From UHGV virus genome UHGV-0050993: a stretch of DNA of 37,305 nt; one strand, given 5' to 3'. The DNA is from a virus. Each line of letters starts with the position of its first letter. Within the stretch, counting starts at the first letter, position 1. The translations under genes and the position numbers were made by a program. Below, piece after piece: positions 21,881 through 32,091 of the stretch. Below the pieces are notes generated by a model that did not search any database, was not told where the DNA came from, and was given only the letters and a program-made list of their open reading frames with translations.

Positions 21881-22421
21881 GCTCTACCCCTTCATTGAGG
21901 GGATTTGCTCTATTTAATTAGGAATAAGGTCGATTACTGATAGAACAAATCCAGGCTACTGTGTTTAGTAATCAGATTTGTTCGTGCCCGATATGCACGG
22001 GCAAAACGGCAGGAGGTTGTTAGCGCAACCTCTTGCCACCCGCTTTCACGAAGGTCATGTGTAGAAGGACGCAGCATAACTATCACTGATGAATTCAGGA
22101 CAGCCAGTGGCTACGGCTCAGGTTGGGTTGTGGCGGTCGGTGCTGAACTCCGACTTAATGACGATAGGCGTGTACCGACGCCTCGTTTTACTTCCTCCGC
22201 TTTCACGGCTTCACCCTAGACCAGCTTTACGAAATCCTCGTAAACCTAACCGCGGCAGATATGACCGGCACAGTGTGCCATATCACGGACCGGCGGGTGT
22301 CTCGTTCACCTGATTAACGCATCAGCCTGCGTATTCACCACAACGGAAAGAGCACTGGCTAACCAGGCTCGCCGACTCTTCACGATTATCGGCTCAATGC
22401 TCTTACCTGTTGTGCAGACAT

Positions 22422-22650
22422 AAAAAATCCCGAAACCGTTATGCAGGCTCTAACTATTACCTGCGAACTGTTTCGGGATTGCATTTTACAGACCTCTCAG
22501 CCTGCGATGGTTGGAGTTCCAGACGATGCGTCGAAGTGACCAACTAGGCGGAATCGGTAGTAAGCGCCGCCTCTTTTTATCTCACTACCACAACGAGCGA
22601 ATTAACCCATCGTTGGGTCAAATTTACCCAACTTTATTCAAAAAGTCAAT
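22422..22650 (-). promoter_or_regulatory. Lambda-type late promoter pR', qut site, 6S leader RNA and tR' terminator
   Basis: On - strand: TTGACT(-35, 22645-22650)...TAAATT(-10, 22621-22626) and downstream leader nearly identical to the lambda pR' region as I recall it, ending in tR' hairpin AATCCCGAAAC...GTTTCGGGATTTTTT (22422-22480). Confidence 0.85.
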
Positions 22651-22691
22651 ATCATGCCGTTAATATGTTGCCATCCGTGGCAATCATGCTG

Positions 22692-23315
22692 CTAACGTGT
22701 GACCGCGTTCAAAATGTTGTCTGCGATTGACTCTTCCTTGTGGCATTGAACCACCAGAGCGTCATACAGCGGCTTAACAGTGCGTGACCAGGTGGGTTGA
22801 GTAAGATTTGGGATTAGCATCGTTACAGCGCGATATGCGGCGCTTGCTGGCATTCTTGAATAGCCGACACCTTTGCATCTTCCGCATTCTTTCTCAACAA
22901 CTCTCCCCCACTGCTCTGTTTTTGCTATATCAACCGCACGGCCTGTACCGTGGCAATCTCTGCATCTTGCACCCGGCGTCGCGGCACTACGGCAATAATC
23001 CGCATAAGCGAATGTTGCGAGCACTTGCAGTACCTTTGCCTTAGTATTTCCTTCAAGCTTTGCCACACCACGGTATTTCCCCGATACCTTGTGTGCAAAT
23101 TGCATCAGATAGTTGATAGCCTTTTGTTTGTCGTTCTGGCTGAGTTCGTGCTTACCACAGAATGCAGCCATTCCGAATCCGGCTTGTGATTGCGCCATCC
23201 CCATAGCAGCCATCACATCAGTACCGGAAAGAGAGTCAGAAGCCGTGGCCCGTGGTGAGTCGCTCATCATCGGGCTTTTTGGCGAATGAAATTTAGCTAC
23301 GCTTTCGAGTCTCAT
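22692..23315 (-). CDS. Q: Late antiterminator Q (lambda type)
   Basis: 207 aa, [44 protein letters not shown]... essentially identical to lambda Q. Confidence 0.95.
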   Translation of the reverse strand: MRLESVAKFHSPKSPMMSDSPRATASDSLSGTDVMAAMGMAQSQAGFGMAAFCGKHELSQNDKQKAINYLMQFAHKVSGKYRGVAKLEGNTKAKVLQVLATFAYADYCRSAATPGARCRDCHGTGRAVDIAKTEQWGRVVEKECGRCKGVGYSRMPASAAYRAVTMLIPNLTQPTWSRTVKPLYDALVVQCHKEESIADNILNAVTR

Positions 23316-23977
23316 GCGCCTTCTCCCTGTACCTGAATCAATGTGAGATTTCCGCAGAACACTGCCCCAGTATCGATATACATCTGGTTGGCAAATTTGA
23401 GTGGTTTCACTGCTGGCGTATGACCAAAGATGAACGTGTCCGCGCCTTTGATTTCTTTCACGATCCCGTCTTGTGAGTTGCTGATTCGTTCGCGGTTCCA
23501 GATTACCTGCTGATGATCAACTGGCTTTCCAAACTCGTATTCGTCACAAGGATAATCGGCGTGGCAGATAACATATTTTTTATCTTTGCTCACCAGTTCG
23601 ATGATTAACGGAAGTTCATCTGCTTTATGGGCAAGAGCTTTAGCCAGAATTTCTTTGTCGTAATCGAGATTAAAGAACCAGCCACCGCCATTAAGCATCC
23701 AGTGATTGACGTTTCCTCGCTCTGATAAGCCATCAATCATCATTTGCTCATGGTTTCCACGTACAGCTCTGAACCAGGGGAATGTGATTAATTCCAGACA
23801 TTCGACGTTCTCTGTACCGCGATCAACCAAATCGCCCACCGAGATAAGCAGGTCTTTTTTGGTGTCGAATCCTATCGTCTCCAGTTTTTTCATCAGGTTC
23901 GTGTAGCATCCGTGCAGATCGCCAACTACCCAAATATTTCGGTATTTGCTGCCATCAATTCTTTCGTAATAGCGCAT
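23312..23977 (-). CDS. ninI: Ser/Thr protein phosphatase NinI (lambda PPase)
   Basis: [29 protein letters not shown]... matches lambda phosphatase; ORF track start 24052, MRYYE start at 23977 preferred. Confidence 0.9.
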   Translation of the reverse strand: MRYYERIDGSKYRNIWVVGDLHGCYTNLMKKLETIGFDTKKDLLISVGDLVDRGTENVECLELITFPWFRAVRGNHEQMMIDGLSERGNVNHWMLNGGGWFFNLDYDKEILAKALAHKADELPLIIELVSKDKKYVICHADYPCDEYEFGKPVDHQQVIWNRERISNSQDGIVKEIKGADTFIFGHTPAVKPLKFANQMYIDTGAVFCGNLTLIQVQGEGA

Positions 23978-24161
23978 CTCTTTCACTCCATCCGCGATGA
24001 ACCATGAGAACGTCGTTGACGATGGCGTGCATTTTCCCGTCTTTATCATCAACGTATTTTCTTACCGTGCCGCGACTACATTTCAGTCTGCGTGCTACTT
24101 CTGTCTGGTTTCCGTATGCTTCAACGAGCATGTCTGGAATGGTTTTTACTGAGAACGTCAT
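23955..24161 (-). CDS. ninH: NinH
   Basis: 68 aa [37 protein letters not shown]... matches lambda NinH. Confidence 0.9.
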   Translation of the reverse strand: MTFSVKTIPDMLVEAYGNQTEVARRLKCSRGTVRKYVDDKDGKMHAIVNDVLMVHRGWSERDALLRKN

Positions 24162-24769
24162 GCGGCCTCACTTCTGCTATTTCGCAGGTCTTTGAGTTTC
24201 TGTTGGTACTCTGCCTTGATCGCCTTGCACTCTTCGATAGTCCAGCGATGGCGGCTATGGTTTGATTCGATTTCGTCTACTGCTTCCTGCCCGATGCGGT
24301 TAATCAGTTCGACGCGATACGGAACGAGATTTCCGCTTTTGTGCTGGTTGCACACCACGCATTGCTTGTGAATATTGCGTTCATCAAATCGGAGTTGAGG
24401 TGCCGCAGCAGTTGTCCGGTAATGTCCGGCATCCCACTGAGCAGACGTGAGCGTTCCGCACGAGATACATGGTAAGTCGCGGTCTCTTTCTCTGATGAAG
24501 GCGTTTACGGCTTGTTGGGCTTGTTTAATCCAGTAACTGCGGGGCTTTAAAGCGAGTTTTCGAATCTTAATTTTATCTTTCTGTTTCTGCTCCTCTCGTC
24601 GTCGTTTCTTCTCTGCTGCTTTTTCCGCTTTTTCGCGTTCTTTGCTTCGTCGTTCGAGTGCTATCTTGGTTCCACACTCTGGAGAGCACCACCACTGATT
24701 AGCGAATGCAGGATGAAACCATTCTCGACATTCATCGTTTTTACATCGTCTTCGCGCTGGTTTAGCCAT
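24158..24769 (-). CDS. ninG: NinG (Rap) recombination endonuclease
   Basis: 203 aa [33 protein letters not shown]... matches lambda NinG. Confidence 0.9.
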   Translation of the reverse strand: MAKPARRRCKNDECREWFHPAFANQWWCSPECGTKIALERRSKEREKAEKAAEKKRRREEQKQKDKIKIRKLALKPRSYWIKQAQQAVNAFIRERDRDLPCISCGTLTSAQWDAGHYRTTAAAPQLRFDERNIHKQCVVCNQHKSGNLVPYRVELINRIGQEAVDEIESNHSRHRWTIEECKAIKAEYQQKLKDLRNSRSEAA

Positions 24770-24932
24770 CGTCTTCTTCCTCGTGCATCGAGCTATTCGG
24801 ATCGCTCATCAGTTCTGCGCAGCAGTGCTCACACACGTGAACTTCCAGCACATGCAGCTTCTTACCGCAGTTAGCGCACGTTAAAGCCCGCTCGACGCTT
24901 TCTTGTTCGTAACTTCGATTTGGGTCAATCAC
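24762..24932 (-). CDS. ninF: NinF (GTG start)
   Basis: Translation from GTG gives [55 protein letters not shown], matching lambda NinF; not in ORF track (no ATG start, under 60 aa). Confidence 0.75.
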   Translation of the reverse strand: MIDPNRSYEQESVERALTCANCGKKLHVLEVHVCEHCCAELMSDPNSSMHEEEDDG

Positions 24933-25111
24933 CTTGTTTTCCTCGCACGTTCTCTAAGCCACCGGATATCCCACAGGTGAGCCGTGTAGTTGAAGGTTTT
25001 TACGTCAGATTCTTTTGGGATTGGCTTGCGTTTATTTCTGGAGCGTTTCGTTGGAAGGTATTTGCAGTTTTCGCAGATGATGTCGGTGAAACTTCGTCGC
25101 TGTCGTCTCAT
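24929..25111 (-). CDS. ninE: NinE
   Basis: [60 protein letters not shown] matches lambda NinE; ORF track start 25171 is an upstream extension. Confidence 0.85.
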   Translation of the reverse strand: MRRQRRSFTDIICENCKYLPTKRSRNKRKPIPKESDVKTFNYTAHLWDIRWLRERARKTR

Positions 25112-25548
25112 GCCGCCCGGTCTCCCCATCGCGCTTTCCATTCGAGAGCCAGTCGCGCTTCGTCTGACCACTTAACGCCACGCTCTGTACCGAATGCCTG
25201 TATAAGCTCTAATAGCTCCGCAAATTCGCTTACACGCATCCTGCTGGTTGACTGGCCTATTACCACAAAGCCATTCCCGGCAAGGTTAGGAACAACGTCC
25301 TGCTGCTTTAATGCTGCGGTAAAAACGCACTTCCAGCTTTCTGCATCCAGCCAGCGACCATGCCATTCAACCTGACGAGAGACGTCACCAAGGCAAGCCC
25401 AAAGCTTTCGATTCTGGTCTAAGCTGCGGTTGCGTTCCTGAATGGTTACTACGATTGGTTTGGTTGGGTCTGGAATAATTTGCTGTACTGCGTGAATAGC
25501 GTTTTGCTGATGTGCTGGAGATCGAATTTCAAAGGTTAGTTTTTTCAT
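25108..25548 (-). CDS. ninB: NinB (Orf) recombination mediator
   Basis: 146 aa [56 protein letters not shown]... matches lambda NinB. Confidence 0.9.
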   Translation of the reverse strand: MKKLTFEIRSPAHQQNAIHAVQQIIPDPTKPIVVTIQERNRSLDQNRKLWACLGDVSRQVEWHGRWLDAESWKCVFTAALKQQDVVPNLAGNGFVVIGQSTSRMRVSEFAELLELIQAFGTERGVKWSDEARLALEWKARWGDRAA

Positions 25549-25741
25549 GACTTCCCTCTCTAACAGATTTCAGGTTATTCCACTCCGTTACCGCACTGCG
25601 ATAATTCGCGGCCGCCACAGCGGCGTGGTTAGCGCAGTAGATTTGGCACCCGTTCTCCATGTCGAATATTGTCGGTGATTTTCCGCATTTACATTTTTTG
25701 GCACGCGGTGCGTCTGAACACATTCCGTTAACGGTGTCCAT
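25529..25741 (-). CDS. Hypothetical Cys-rich small protein
   Basis: 70-aa ORF with CKCG...C...C pattern between helicase and ninB, where lambda has ren. Confidence 0.5.
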   Translation of the reverse strand: MDTVNGMCSDAPRAKKCKCGKSPTIFDMENGCQIYCANHAAVAAANYRSAVTEWNNLKSVREGSHEKTNL

Positions 25742-25825
25742 CAGGATCCCCCTCGTTCTTAATCCAATAAAAAAGGGCTACTGTGTAAATAGCCCCTGTT
25801 ATTAGCTCAGTGATGTAGATGGTCA

Positions 25826-27262
25826 TCAGAATCCTCCTTTCTTCTTGGACTGCGGTTCCTCGCGTTCACGTCGGCGCATTTCAGCAGACTGTTGGTCTGT
25901 GTCATAAATAGCGCCATTTGCCTGAATGCAATACACCGTGCCGGTATTGCCATGACGATTGAGACGAAGGATTAGTTCGGTTTCACCAGGTGGAACACTG
26001 TCATCAAAAGCACCTTCACGATGGATCCCAACCCAATAATCGCAATCCTGTTCAATCTGCCCTGTATCTCGGGAGTCACTTGGTAATGGGCGTTTATTGG
26101 TTCGGCTTTCCAGTGCGCGGTTAAGCTGTGTCAGAAGCACAACAACACAATCAAGCTCTTTGGCAAGGTTCTTCAGTCCTTTGGTGATCATGCCGTAAGC
26201 AAGGTCGTTGCGATCGGCCTTCTCAGCGGTCATTAGTGTCAGGTAATCGACCAGAATCATGCCAACACATCCTTTTTCTCGCTTGATTCGACGACTTTCG
26301 CTGACGATTTGAGCCAGAGATAATCCCGGCGTGTCGTCGATGTAAAGCAGGTCGATTTCACTCAAGCGATTGGCTGTTTCGATCGCCCTGTTGAAGTCAC
26401 CATCGTAATCACCCTGATAGCCGTCATCAGCGTCATTTGTCGCCGGAAGGTAAAAAATATTCGGGTTAACACCAGACTTCTGCCCTACCAGTTTTTCCAG
26501 TATCTGATCACCTGGCATTTCAAGGCTGAACATCAAAGCGGGCTTTTTCTCATGCACTGCGCAATTGATTGCCATCTGGCTGTATAGCGTCGTTTTCCCC
26601 ATCTTAGGGCGAGCGCCAATGACAAACAGAGAGCCTTTCACCAGACCTTTCGGTGACAGCATCCTGTCCAGCGATGGGATCCCTGTGCTCATTCCCCGTT
26701 GTTCGCCTGATGGGTCAAATCGCTTCTCAAGGCCGCTAACCCAGTCTTCCATGACCTCACCAAATGAACGAAGGCCGCGACGCGATCCGGTTTTTGCATG
26801 GTCTGTCAGTTGCGTGAAAATCGACTGAATAGCTTCGTACTTCTGCGTTGCAGTCATTCCGTTGCGGGAATAGAGCAATTCCGTCGCTTCAGTCATGCGG
26901 TTGATGGCGTAGCGTTCCATTGCGGTTTCACGAACCTGCATTGCATAGGCAACGATGTTTGCTGCGCTTGGCGTGTTCTTTGCGATCTCAGCGATATAAG
27001 CAAAACCGCCAACAGACGCCGTTAACGATTTACGCTCCAGTTCATCGAAAAGCGTCAGGCCATCTACTGGCTTTTGCTCCCGGTGCATTCTGGTTATTTC
27101 TTCGAAAAGGATTTTGTGTGGTCGGCCGTAAAATGAATCAGGCTTCAGCATCGCCAGAACTTTCTGGACGCGCTCACTGCTGTCATCATCCAGAAGCAAT
27201 CCACCAATCACCGCCTGCTCTGCCTCGATGCTATGGGGCGGCGCATAAAAATTATCGGTCAT
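25826..27262 (-). CDS. Replicative DNA helicase (DnaB-like, P22 gene 12 type)
   Basis: N-terminal DnaB-like domain, Walker A GARPKMGKT, RecA-like fold motifs; ORF track start 27277, MTDNFYAPPH at 27262 also possible. Confidence 0.9.
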   Translation of the reverse strand: MTDNFYAPPHSIEAEQAVIGGLLLDDDSSERVQKVLAMLKPDSFYGRPHKILFEEITRMHREQKPVDGLTLFDELERKSLTASVGGFAYIAEIAKNTPSAANIVAYAMQVRETAMERYAINRMTEATELLYSRNGMTATQKYEAIQSIFTQLTDHAKTGSRRGLRSFGEVMEDWVSGLEKRFDPSGEQRGMSTGIPSLDRMLSPKGLVKGSLFVIGARPKMGKTTLYSQMAINCAVHEKKPALMFSLEMPGDQILEKLVGQKSGVNPNIFYLPATNDADDGYQGDYDGDFNRAIETANRLSEIDLLYIDDTPGLSLAQIVSESRRIKREKGCVGMILVDYLTLMTAEKADRNDLAYGMITKGLKNLAKELDCVVVLLTQLNRALESRTNKRPLPSDSRDTGQIEQDCDYWVGIHREGAFDDSVPPGETELILRLNRHGNTGTVYCIQANGAIYDTDQQSAEMRRREREEPQSKKKGGF

Positions 27263-28142
27263 CGTGTTCACCCTCACGAACTTTCAGGTAGGTATTATCG
27301 TTAAGCAGGAAATCAAATCCCTTTTTGTGCCAGACGGTTCCGCGTTGATGGTTTGGACGCTCTTCGAACATCCATCGGCAATTTTCGCCTACGTAGCTCA
27401 AATAATTTCTCCAGTCCTGCATCGTGAACCCATGCCCGTCAAGCTGGCGGGTTATCACTCCGGCTTTGCGCCAGAACGTTCGGATCTGGTTTTTACGCTT
27501 GTCATTCAGTGCGCGGATTCTTGGCGCTTCAGGAAGGATTTCGTGGTAAGCATCGACAACATCCTGACAGCTAACGGAAGGTTTTTTCTTGTCAGACTTT
27601 TTGTCTGCTGTGGCACTCTCTAATACGTCAGTATTAGAGATATTATTTATATTATTGTTTATGGACAACCGTTGGACAACCGTTGGACAATCTCCGCTGA
27701 GAGCCGCGCCATTACTGGTGTTTGCGTTGGACAACCGTTGGACAACCGTTGGACAATTTTTTGACTGAAAATCGTCATATTTAACGATTGTAAACAGGCT
27801 AAATTTCTTCCCCATCGCGCAAATATTAAGCATCCCTTTCGACTCAAAAGTCCGTAATAAGCTCCGAACTTTGTTGTCTGGGATGAATGTTTCTCTGACC
27901 AGCGACGGGCGTCCAGTTATCATCTGACCGCGATCAACAGTTATCGGACCGATATCCGTATTGACGACAGTAGATTCGTGATTAGCCTTGAGGATTAAGT
28001 GAAGCCAAAGATGTACTGCCTGAGAGTCCTTATAGAGCCTGCTGTCCATAAACTGGCGGTGTATAGAGACATACCCCATACTGGATGCCTCCTGATGTTG
28101 TACAGGGTTATGCCTGTAATCAGCTAACTTAACGACGCCCAT
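27252..28142 (-). CDS. Replication initiator (O-like), contains ori iterons
   Basis: 296-aa ORF upstream of helicase; internal iteron repeats encode the repeated peptide CPTVVQRLS, as replication origins embedded in lambda-type O genes. Confidence 0.75.
   Translation of the reverse strand: MGVVKLADYRHNPVQHQEASSMGYVSIHRQFMDSRLYKDSQAVHLWLHLILKANHESTVVNTDIGPITVDRGQMITGRPSLVRETFIPDNKVRSLLRTFESKGMLNICAMGKKFSLFTIVKYDDFQSKNCPTVVQRLSNANTSNGAALSGDCPTVVQRLSINNNINNISNTDVLESATADKKSDKKKPSVSCQDVVDAYHEILPEAPRIRALNDKRKNQIRTFWRKAGVITRQLDGHGFTMQDWRNYLSYVGENCRWMFEERPNHQRGTVWHKKGFDFLLNDNTYLKVREGEHDDR
27661..27757. repeat. Origin of replication: six ~11-bp iterons (TTGGACAACCG) in two triplets, with adjacent AT-rich tract
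   Basis: ATGGACAACCGTTGGACAACCGTTGGACAA at 27661-27690 and again at 27726-27757, separated by 36 bp; AT-rich stretch at 27630-27660. Confidence 0.8.
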
Positions 28143-28290
28143 GTTTCACTCCTGCTTTGGCTAGTCTGTAAACACCAACAAGGCGCTCTGCGAACGCCCT
28201 GTTATTTGCTGCGGCTACCACTAATCCCTCAGGTGAATCAGGGTGTCGAATCTCTTCTTTTTCCTGGTATTTCTTACGACGTTTTGTCAT
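28129..28290 (-). CDS. Small hypothetical basic protein between cII and O-like gene
   Basis: 53-aa ORF (MTKRRKKYQEKEEIRHPDSPEG...) with AGGAGT RBS 6 nt upstream of ATG; not in ORF track (under 60 aa). Confidence 0.45.
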   Translation of the reverse strand: MTKRRKKYQEKEEIRHPDSPEGLVVAAANNRAFAERLVGVYRLAKAGVKHGRR

Positions 28291-28322
28291 AATTACTCCT
28301 GTGGATTGATCCAGTAATTCCC

Positions 28323-28619
28323 TCAGAATTGCATATCAATTTGCTCAGAATCCTCGGTGGCAGCCGGGGATTTTTTCTTTGTGATTCCATCCAATGCATA
28401 CTTAAAAGCCCTGCTAATCGGACTGATGTCTGATGCCATTCCGAAAGCACACAAGACCGAAGCAATAAATCTCCAGTCCGTTCTGCTTATCTTCGATTCA
28501 TGACAGCCAATCATCTTTGCCAGACCGCGCTGGGTAAGCGTTGACAGGTTGATGAGTAAATCAGTTTCAGCGCGATCAATTTCTCGCTGTGTTGGCTTGC
28601 TATAACTTGCTTGTGTCAT
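28323..28619 (-). CDS. cII: CII transcriptional activator
   Basis: 98 aa; ...KISRTDWRFIASVLCAFGM... and C-terminus KKKSPAATEDSEQIDMQF parallel lambda CII (KKRPAATERSEQIQMEF). Confidence 0.8.
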   Translation of the reverse strand: MTQASYSKPTQREIDRAETDLLINLSTLTQRGLAKMIGCHESKISRTDWRFIASVLCAFGMASDISPISRAFKYALDGITKKKSPAATEDSEQIDMQF

Positions 28620-28702
28620 TTGTTAATTTTCCAATAGTGAATAGTTAGTTGAAAGGTATGCGTGGAAACGCATATGGCCTTAGTTGGTCAGATATCTTGG
28701 GG

Positions 28703-28749
28703 CTCGCTTTGTCAGCGACGTAGGACGAATGTCCATTGTGAAAAGAGCG
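28703..28749 (-). promoter_or_regulatory. nutR (boxA-like CGCTCTTTTCACAATG and P22-type boxB TCGCTGACAAAGCGAG)
   Basis: On - strand between cro and cII: boxA-like element followed by hairpin with GACAAA loop, matching the boxB at nutL. Confidence 0.6.
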
Positions 28750-28756
28750 GTGTTAC

Positions 28757-28957
28757 TTATGCAGTTGTTTTTTTGTTACTTGGGAAGGGCTTTATTTCTT
28801 CCGCATAAACGCTTCCATCAGCGTTTATAGTTAAAAAAATCTTTCGGCCTGCATGAATGGCCTTGTTAATCGCGCTTTGATATACGCCGAGATCTTTAGC
28901 CGTCTTGGTTTGCCCAAAGCGTATTGCATAATCTTTCAGGGTTATGCGTTGTTCCAT
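28757..28957 (-). CDS. cro: Cro repressor (lambda type)
   Basis: 66 aa [66 protein letters not shown], near-identical to lambda Cro. Confidence 0.95.
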   Translation of the reverse strand: MEQRITLKDYAIRFGQTKTAKDLGVYQSAINKAIHAGRKIFLTINADGSVYAEEIKPFPSNKKTTA

Positions 28958-28983
28958 ACAACCTCCTTAGTACAGGCAACCAT

Positions 28984-29047
28984 TATCACCGCTAGAGGTA
29001 AAATAGTCAACACGCACGGTGTTAGAAGTTTATCCCTTGCGGTGATA
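28984..29047. promoter_or_regulatory. Right operator OR1-OR2-OR3 with pR and pRM (lambda immunity)
   Basis: TATCACCGCTAGAGGTA (OR1), CAACACGCACGGTGTTA (OR2), TATCCCTTGCGGTGATA (OR3) between divergent cro and cI. Confidence 0.9.
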
Positions 29048-29054
29048 GATTTAA

Positions 29055-29771
<717 letters not shown>

Positions 29772-29802
29772 TTGTTTTATTTTTCACGTAATAGGATGAT
29801 TT

Positions 29803-30144
29803 ATGACACAATTTCAACTTGCATTAATCGCTAGAGAAGTTGATGGAGAAGTCATCCATCTTCGCACCAAAGACGGATACATCAATGCCACCGCGATGTG
29901 CAAGTCTGCGGGGAAGCTACTTGCTGACTATACACGACTAAAAACAACACAAGATTTTTTTGATGAATTATCACGCGATATGGGGATTCCCATATCGGAG
30001 TTAATTCAATCATTTAAAGGCGGAAGAGCAGAGAATCAAGGGACTTGGGTTCATCCAGACATCGCAATTAATTTAGCTCAGTGGCTATCTCCAAAATTTG
30101 CAGTGCAAGTATCGAGATGGGTGCGTGAGTGGATGTCAGGTTAA
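29803..30144 (+). CDS. KilA-N domain protein (N-terminal fragment of a longer disrupted gene?)
   Basis: 113 aa with KilA-N hallmarks (INATAMCKSAGK...GTWVHPDIAINLAQWLSPKFAVQVSRW); its TAA stop is in frame with the following ORF. Confidence 0.7.
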   Translation: MTQFQLALIAREVDGEVIHLRTKDGYINATAMCKSAGKLLADYTRLKTTQDFFDELSRDMGIPISELIQSFKGGRAENQGTWVHPDIAINLAQWLSPKFAVQVSRWVREWMSG

Positions 30145-30183
30145 AGAGCGCCTGCCGAACTCCCTATCCACCTTAAGCGGTAT

Positions 30184-30562
30184 ATGACAAACCGAGGCAG
30201 AGTTCCTCATACGCACTTTTCTATGCTTAATGAACTGACGTTTAACTTGGTTGCGCCACTTGAACAGGCCGGATATACGCTGCCAGAAAAAATGGTCCCT
30301 GATATTTCAGAGGGTAGGGTTTTCTCGCAATGGCTCCGTGACAACCGGGGGGTTGAGCCGAAGACATTCCCAACATATAACCATGAGTACCCAGATGGCC
30401 GGACATTCCCGGTACGTCTATACCCAAACGAATATTGCAGATTTCAAACAATACTTCAACGAAGTGTGGCTGCCTCAGTACGCTCCTAAATATTTTGCTG
30501 AACGAGACCAAAGGGCATTGACGTTGATTGAGAAAATCATGCTACCTGACCTTGATTCCTAA
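30184..30562 (+). pseudogene. Downstream part of KilA-N gene, interrupted by a +1 frameshift near 30400-30425
   Basis: ORF 30184..30489 is protein-like at its N-terminus and ORF 30251..30562 is protein-like at its C-terminus; the two overlap in adjacent frames, and 30184 is in frame with the KilA-N ORF across a single TAA. Confidence 0.5.
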
Positions 30563-30748
30563 ATGTTATTCCCGGCCACAGAGCCGGGTTTTCTTTGCCT
30601 CACGATCCCCCTCACCCAAGAACACATAACCAATTGTATCTATTTGAAAATAAATAGATACAACTCACTAAACATAGCAGTTCAGATCTCTCACCTACCA
30701 AACAATGCACCCCTGCAAAAAATAAATTCATATAAAAAACATACAGAT

Positions 30749-30811
30749 AACCATCTGCGGTGATGAATTATCTCTAGCGGTGTTGACATAAATACCACTG
30801 GCGGTGATACT
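30749..30811 (+). promoter_or_regulatory. Left operator OL3-OL2-OL1 and promoter pL
   Basis: AACCATCTGCGGTGATG (OL3), TATCTCTAGCGGTGTTG (OL2), TACCACTGGCGGTGATA (OL1); -35 TTGACA (30783-30788), -10 GATACT (30806-30811). Confidence 0.9.
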
Positions 30812-30879
30812 AAACACATCAGCAGGACGCACTACTCACCAGGGCGGTGAATATACAACGATTCAAATATGAATCTACG

Positions 30880-30894
30880 GCGCTGACAAAGCGC
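30880..30894 (+). promoter_or_regulatory. nutL boxB hairpin (P22 type)
   Basis: GCGCTGACAAAGCGC, as I recall the P22 boxB; lambda boxB (GCCCTGAAAAAGGGC) is not present. Confidence 0.7.
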
Positions 30895-31022
30895 AATAAC
30901 CAAAGTGAACTTTGGGGTGAATGCAGAAGCTAACCTTCTCGGCGGAGGCGCTTTGCAATGATTACGCTACCGGAGTTAGTCGCCCGGCTGTATTCACCGC
31001 CAAAGTTCACCAGGAGGTCTAT

Positions 31023-31406
31023 ATGACACGCAGAACTCAGTTCAAAGGCAATTCACGTTCTCGTCGTCGTGAGCGTTTAAAGGCAAAGGCATTAGCTAAC
31101 GGCGTACTGGCCCGCGAAGAAGCAATAAGTTCAGAAGTATTACACCGCCCTACTCTAAGCAGAGCGCAGATTCAGGCTAAAGGTACTCACGAAACGCCTG
31201 AGCGCATAGAAGACGCTAAGCCAATTAAGTTCATGGCACAGGACGTGATCTGGCAACAGAAAGAATACAGACGCAATCTGGAGAGAGCGGCCATTGTGTA
31301 CGCGAATGAGTTTGGACATAAGCAACCAGAAACTGGTGTATGTCTTCCAAATGTAGCTCTTTACGCAGCAGGATACCGGAAATCAAAACAACTGACGGCG
31401 AGATGA
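31023..31406 (+). CDS. N: N-like antiterminator (P22 gp24 type)
   Basis: Arg-rich motif near N-terminus (RRTQFKGNSRSRRRERLKAKA) and C-terminus ...LPNVALYAAGYRKSKQLTAR resembling P22 gp24; AGGAGG RBS before ATG 31023. ORF track start 30921 is an upstream extension. Confidence 0.75.
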   Translation: MTRRTQFKGNSRSRRRERLKAKALANGVLAREEAISSEVLHRPTLSRAQIQAKGTHETPERIEDAKPIKFMAQDVIWQQKEYRRNLERAAIVYANEFGHKQPETGVCLPNVALYAAGYRKSKQLTAR

Positions 31407-31467
31407 CTTGTGTTGGTCGCCAGAAAATGAAATTAGGCAGCAAACCACTTATTTGAGAGGAATTAAT

Positions 31468-32091
31468 ATGTCATCAATCCGCTTAACTACGAGAATGAAA
31501 GAGGAAATCGCTCGTAACGCTTTAATTAAGTCTGGGGTTTTCACTGAACTTGAAGAAGTAACAAAGTTAAAGAACCAGCTTGCACTTGACGCCAGAGTTA
31601 TTGCGTTTGGCGGTAAAAAGAAAACTGAGGAAGTGGATCGGTTATCATCCAAGTTAGCAGCTATAAGTGAAGAACTTGAGAAGATGGGATGTTCATTTTA
31701 CTCATGCGATGTTCGTTCTACTTCGATTTATCTGACTGTATCTGGAAGAAGGGTTGGCTGGCATTCATACGGAAAAGACGGCAACGGTGAAGATATATTG
31801 CTCCCCACCCCAGAAAAAGATAAATGCATGTTTGACGCAGAACACGAAATAACAAAAAGGTTTGATGAAATCTGCGCATTGCAACAAAAACTTGAAGCCA
31901 AGAAAAAGGATATCGAATCAAATGTATGGGCTGCTTTGAACTCAGTCACAACAGTTAAGCGACTTATTGAGGTTTGGCCTGAAAGCAAAGAATTGCTACC
32001 AAAAGAAGCAGATAAAGCAAGTACAGCACTTCCTGCTTTACGGGTAGAAGATTTGAATAAGATGATTGGACTTCCTTCCGAGGCCGCATAG
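31468..32091 (+). CDS. Hypothetical protein, AT-rich moron downstream of N
   Basis: 207-aa ORF (MSSIRLTTRMKEEIARNALIKSG...) with GAGAGGA RBS; visibly lower GC than neighbours; occupies the early-left slot where lambdoid phages carry ral/sieB-type genes. Confidence 0.6.
   Translation: MSSIRLTTRMKEEIARNALIKSGVFTELEEVTKLKNQLALDARVIAFGGKKKTEEVDRLSSKLAAISEELEKMGCSFYSCDVRSTSIYLTVSGRRVGWHSYGKDGNGEDILLPTPEKDKCMFDAEHEITKRFDEICALQQKLEAKKKDIESNVWAALNSVTTVKRLIEVWPESKELLPKEADKASTALPALRVEDLNKMIGLPSEAA

Noticed and set aside
22089-22313. 74-aa ORF in the Q-to-holin interval
   Set aside because: Lies on the + strand inside the lambda-like late leader between tR' and the holin gene, has no RBS and is Arg/Pro-rich; the region matches non-coding lambda sequence.
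27661-27757. Short tandem repeats that could be mistaken for a CRISPR array
   Set aside because: Repeats are only ~11 bp, lie inside the replication initiator ORF with no spacers of CRISPR length, and are followed by an AT-rich tract; they are ori iterons.
30251-30562. ORF 30251..30562 as an independent gene
   Set aside because: Its N-terminal half reads as low-complexity junk and overlaps ORF 30184..30489 in the adjacent frame; only its C-terminal half is protein-like, so it is better explained as the post-frameshift continuation of the upstream gene.
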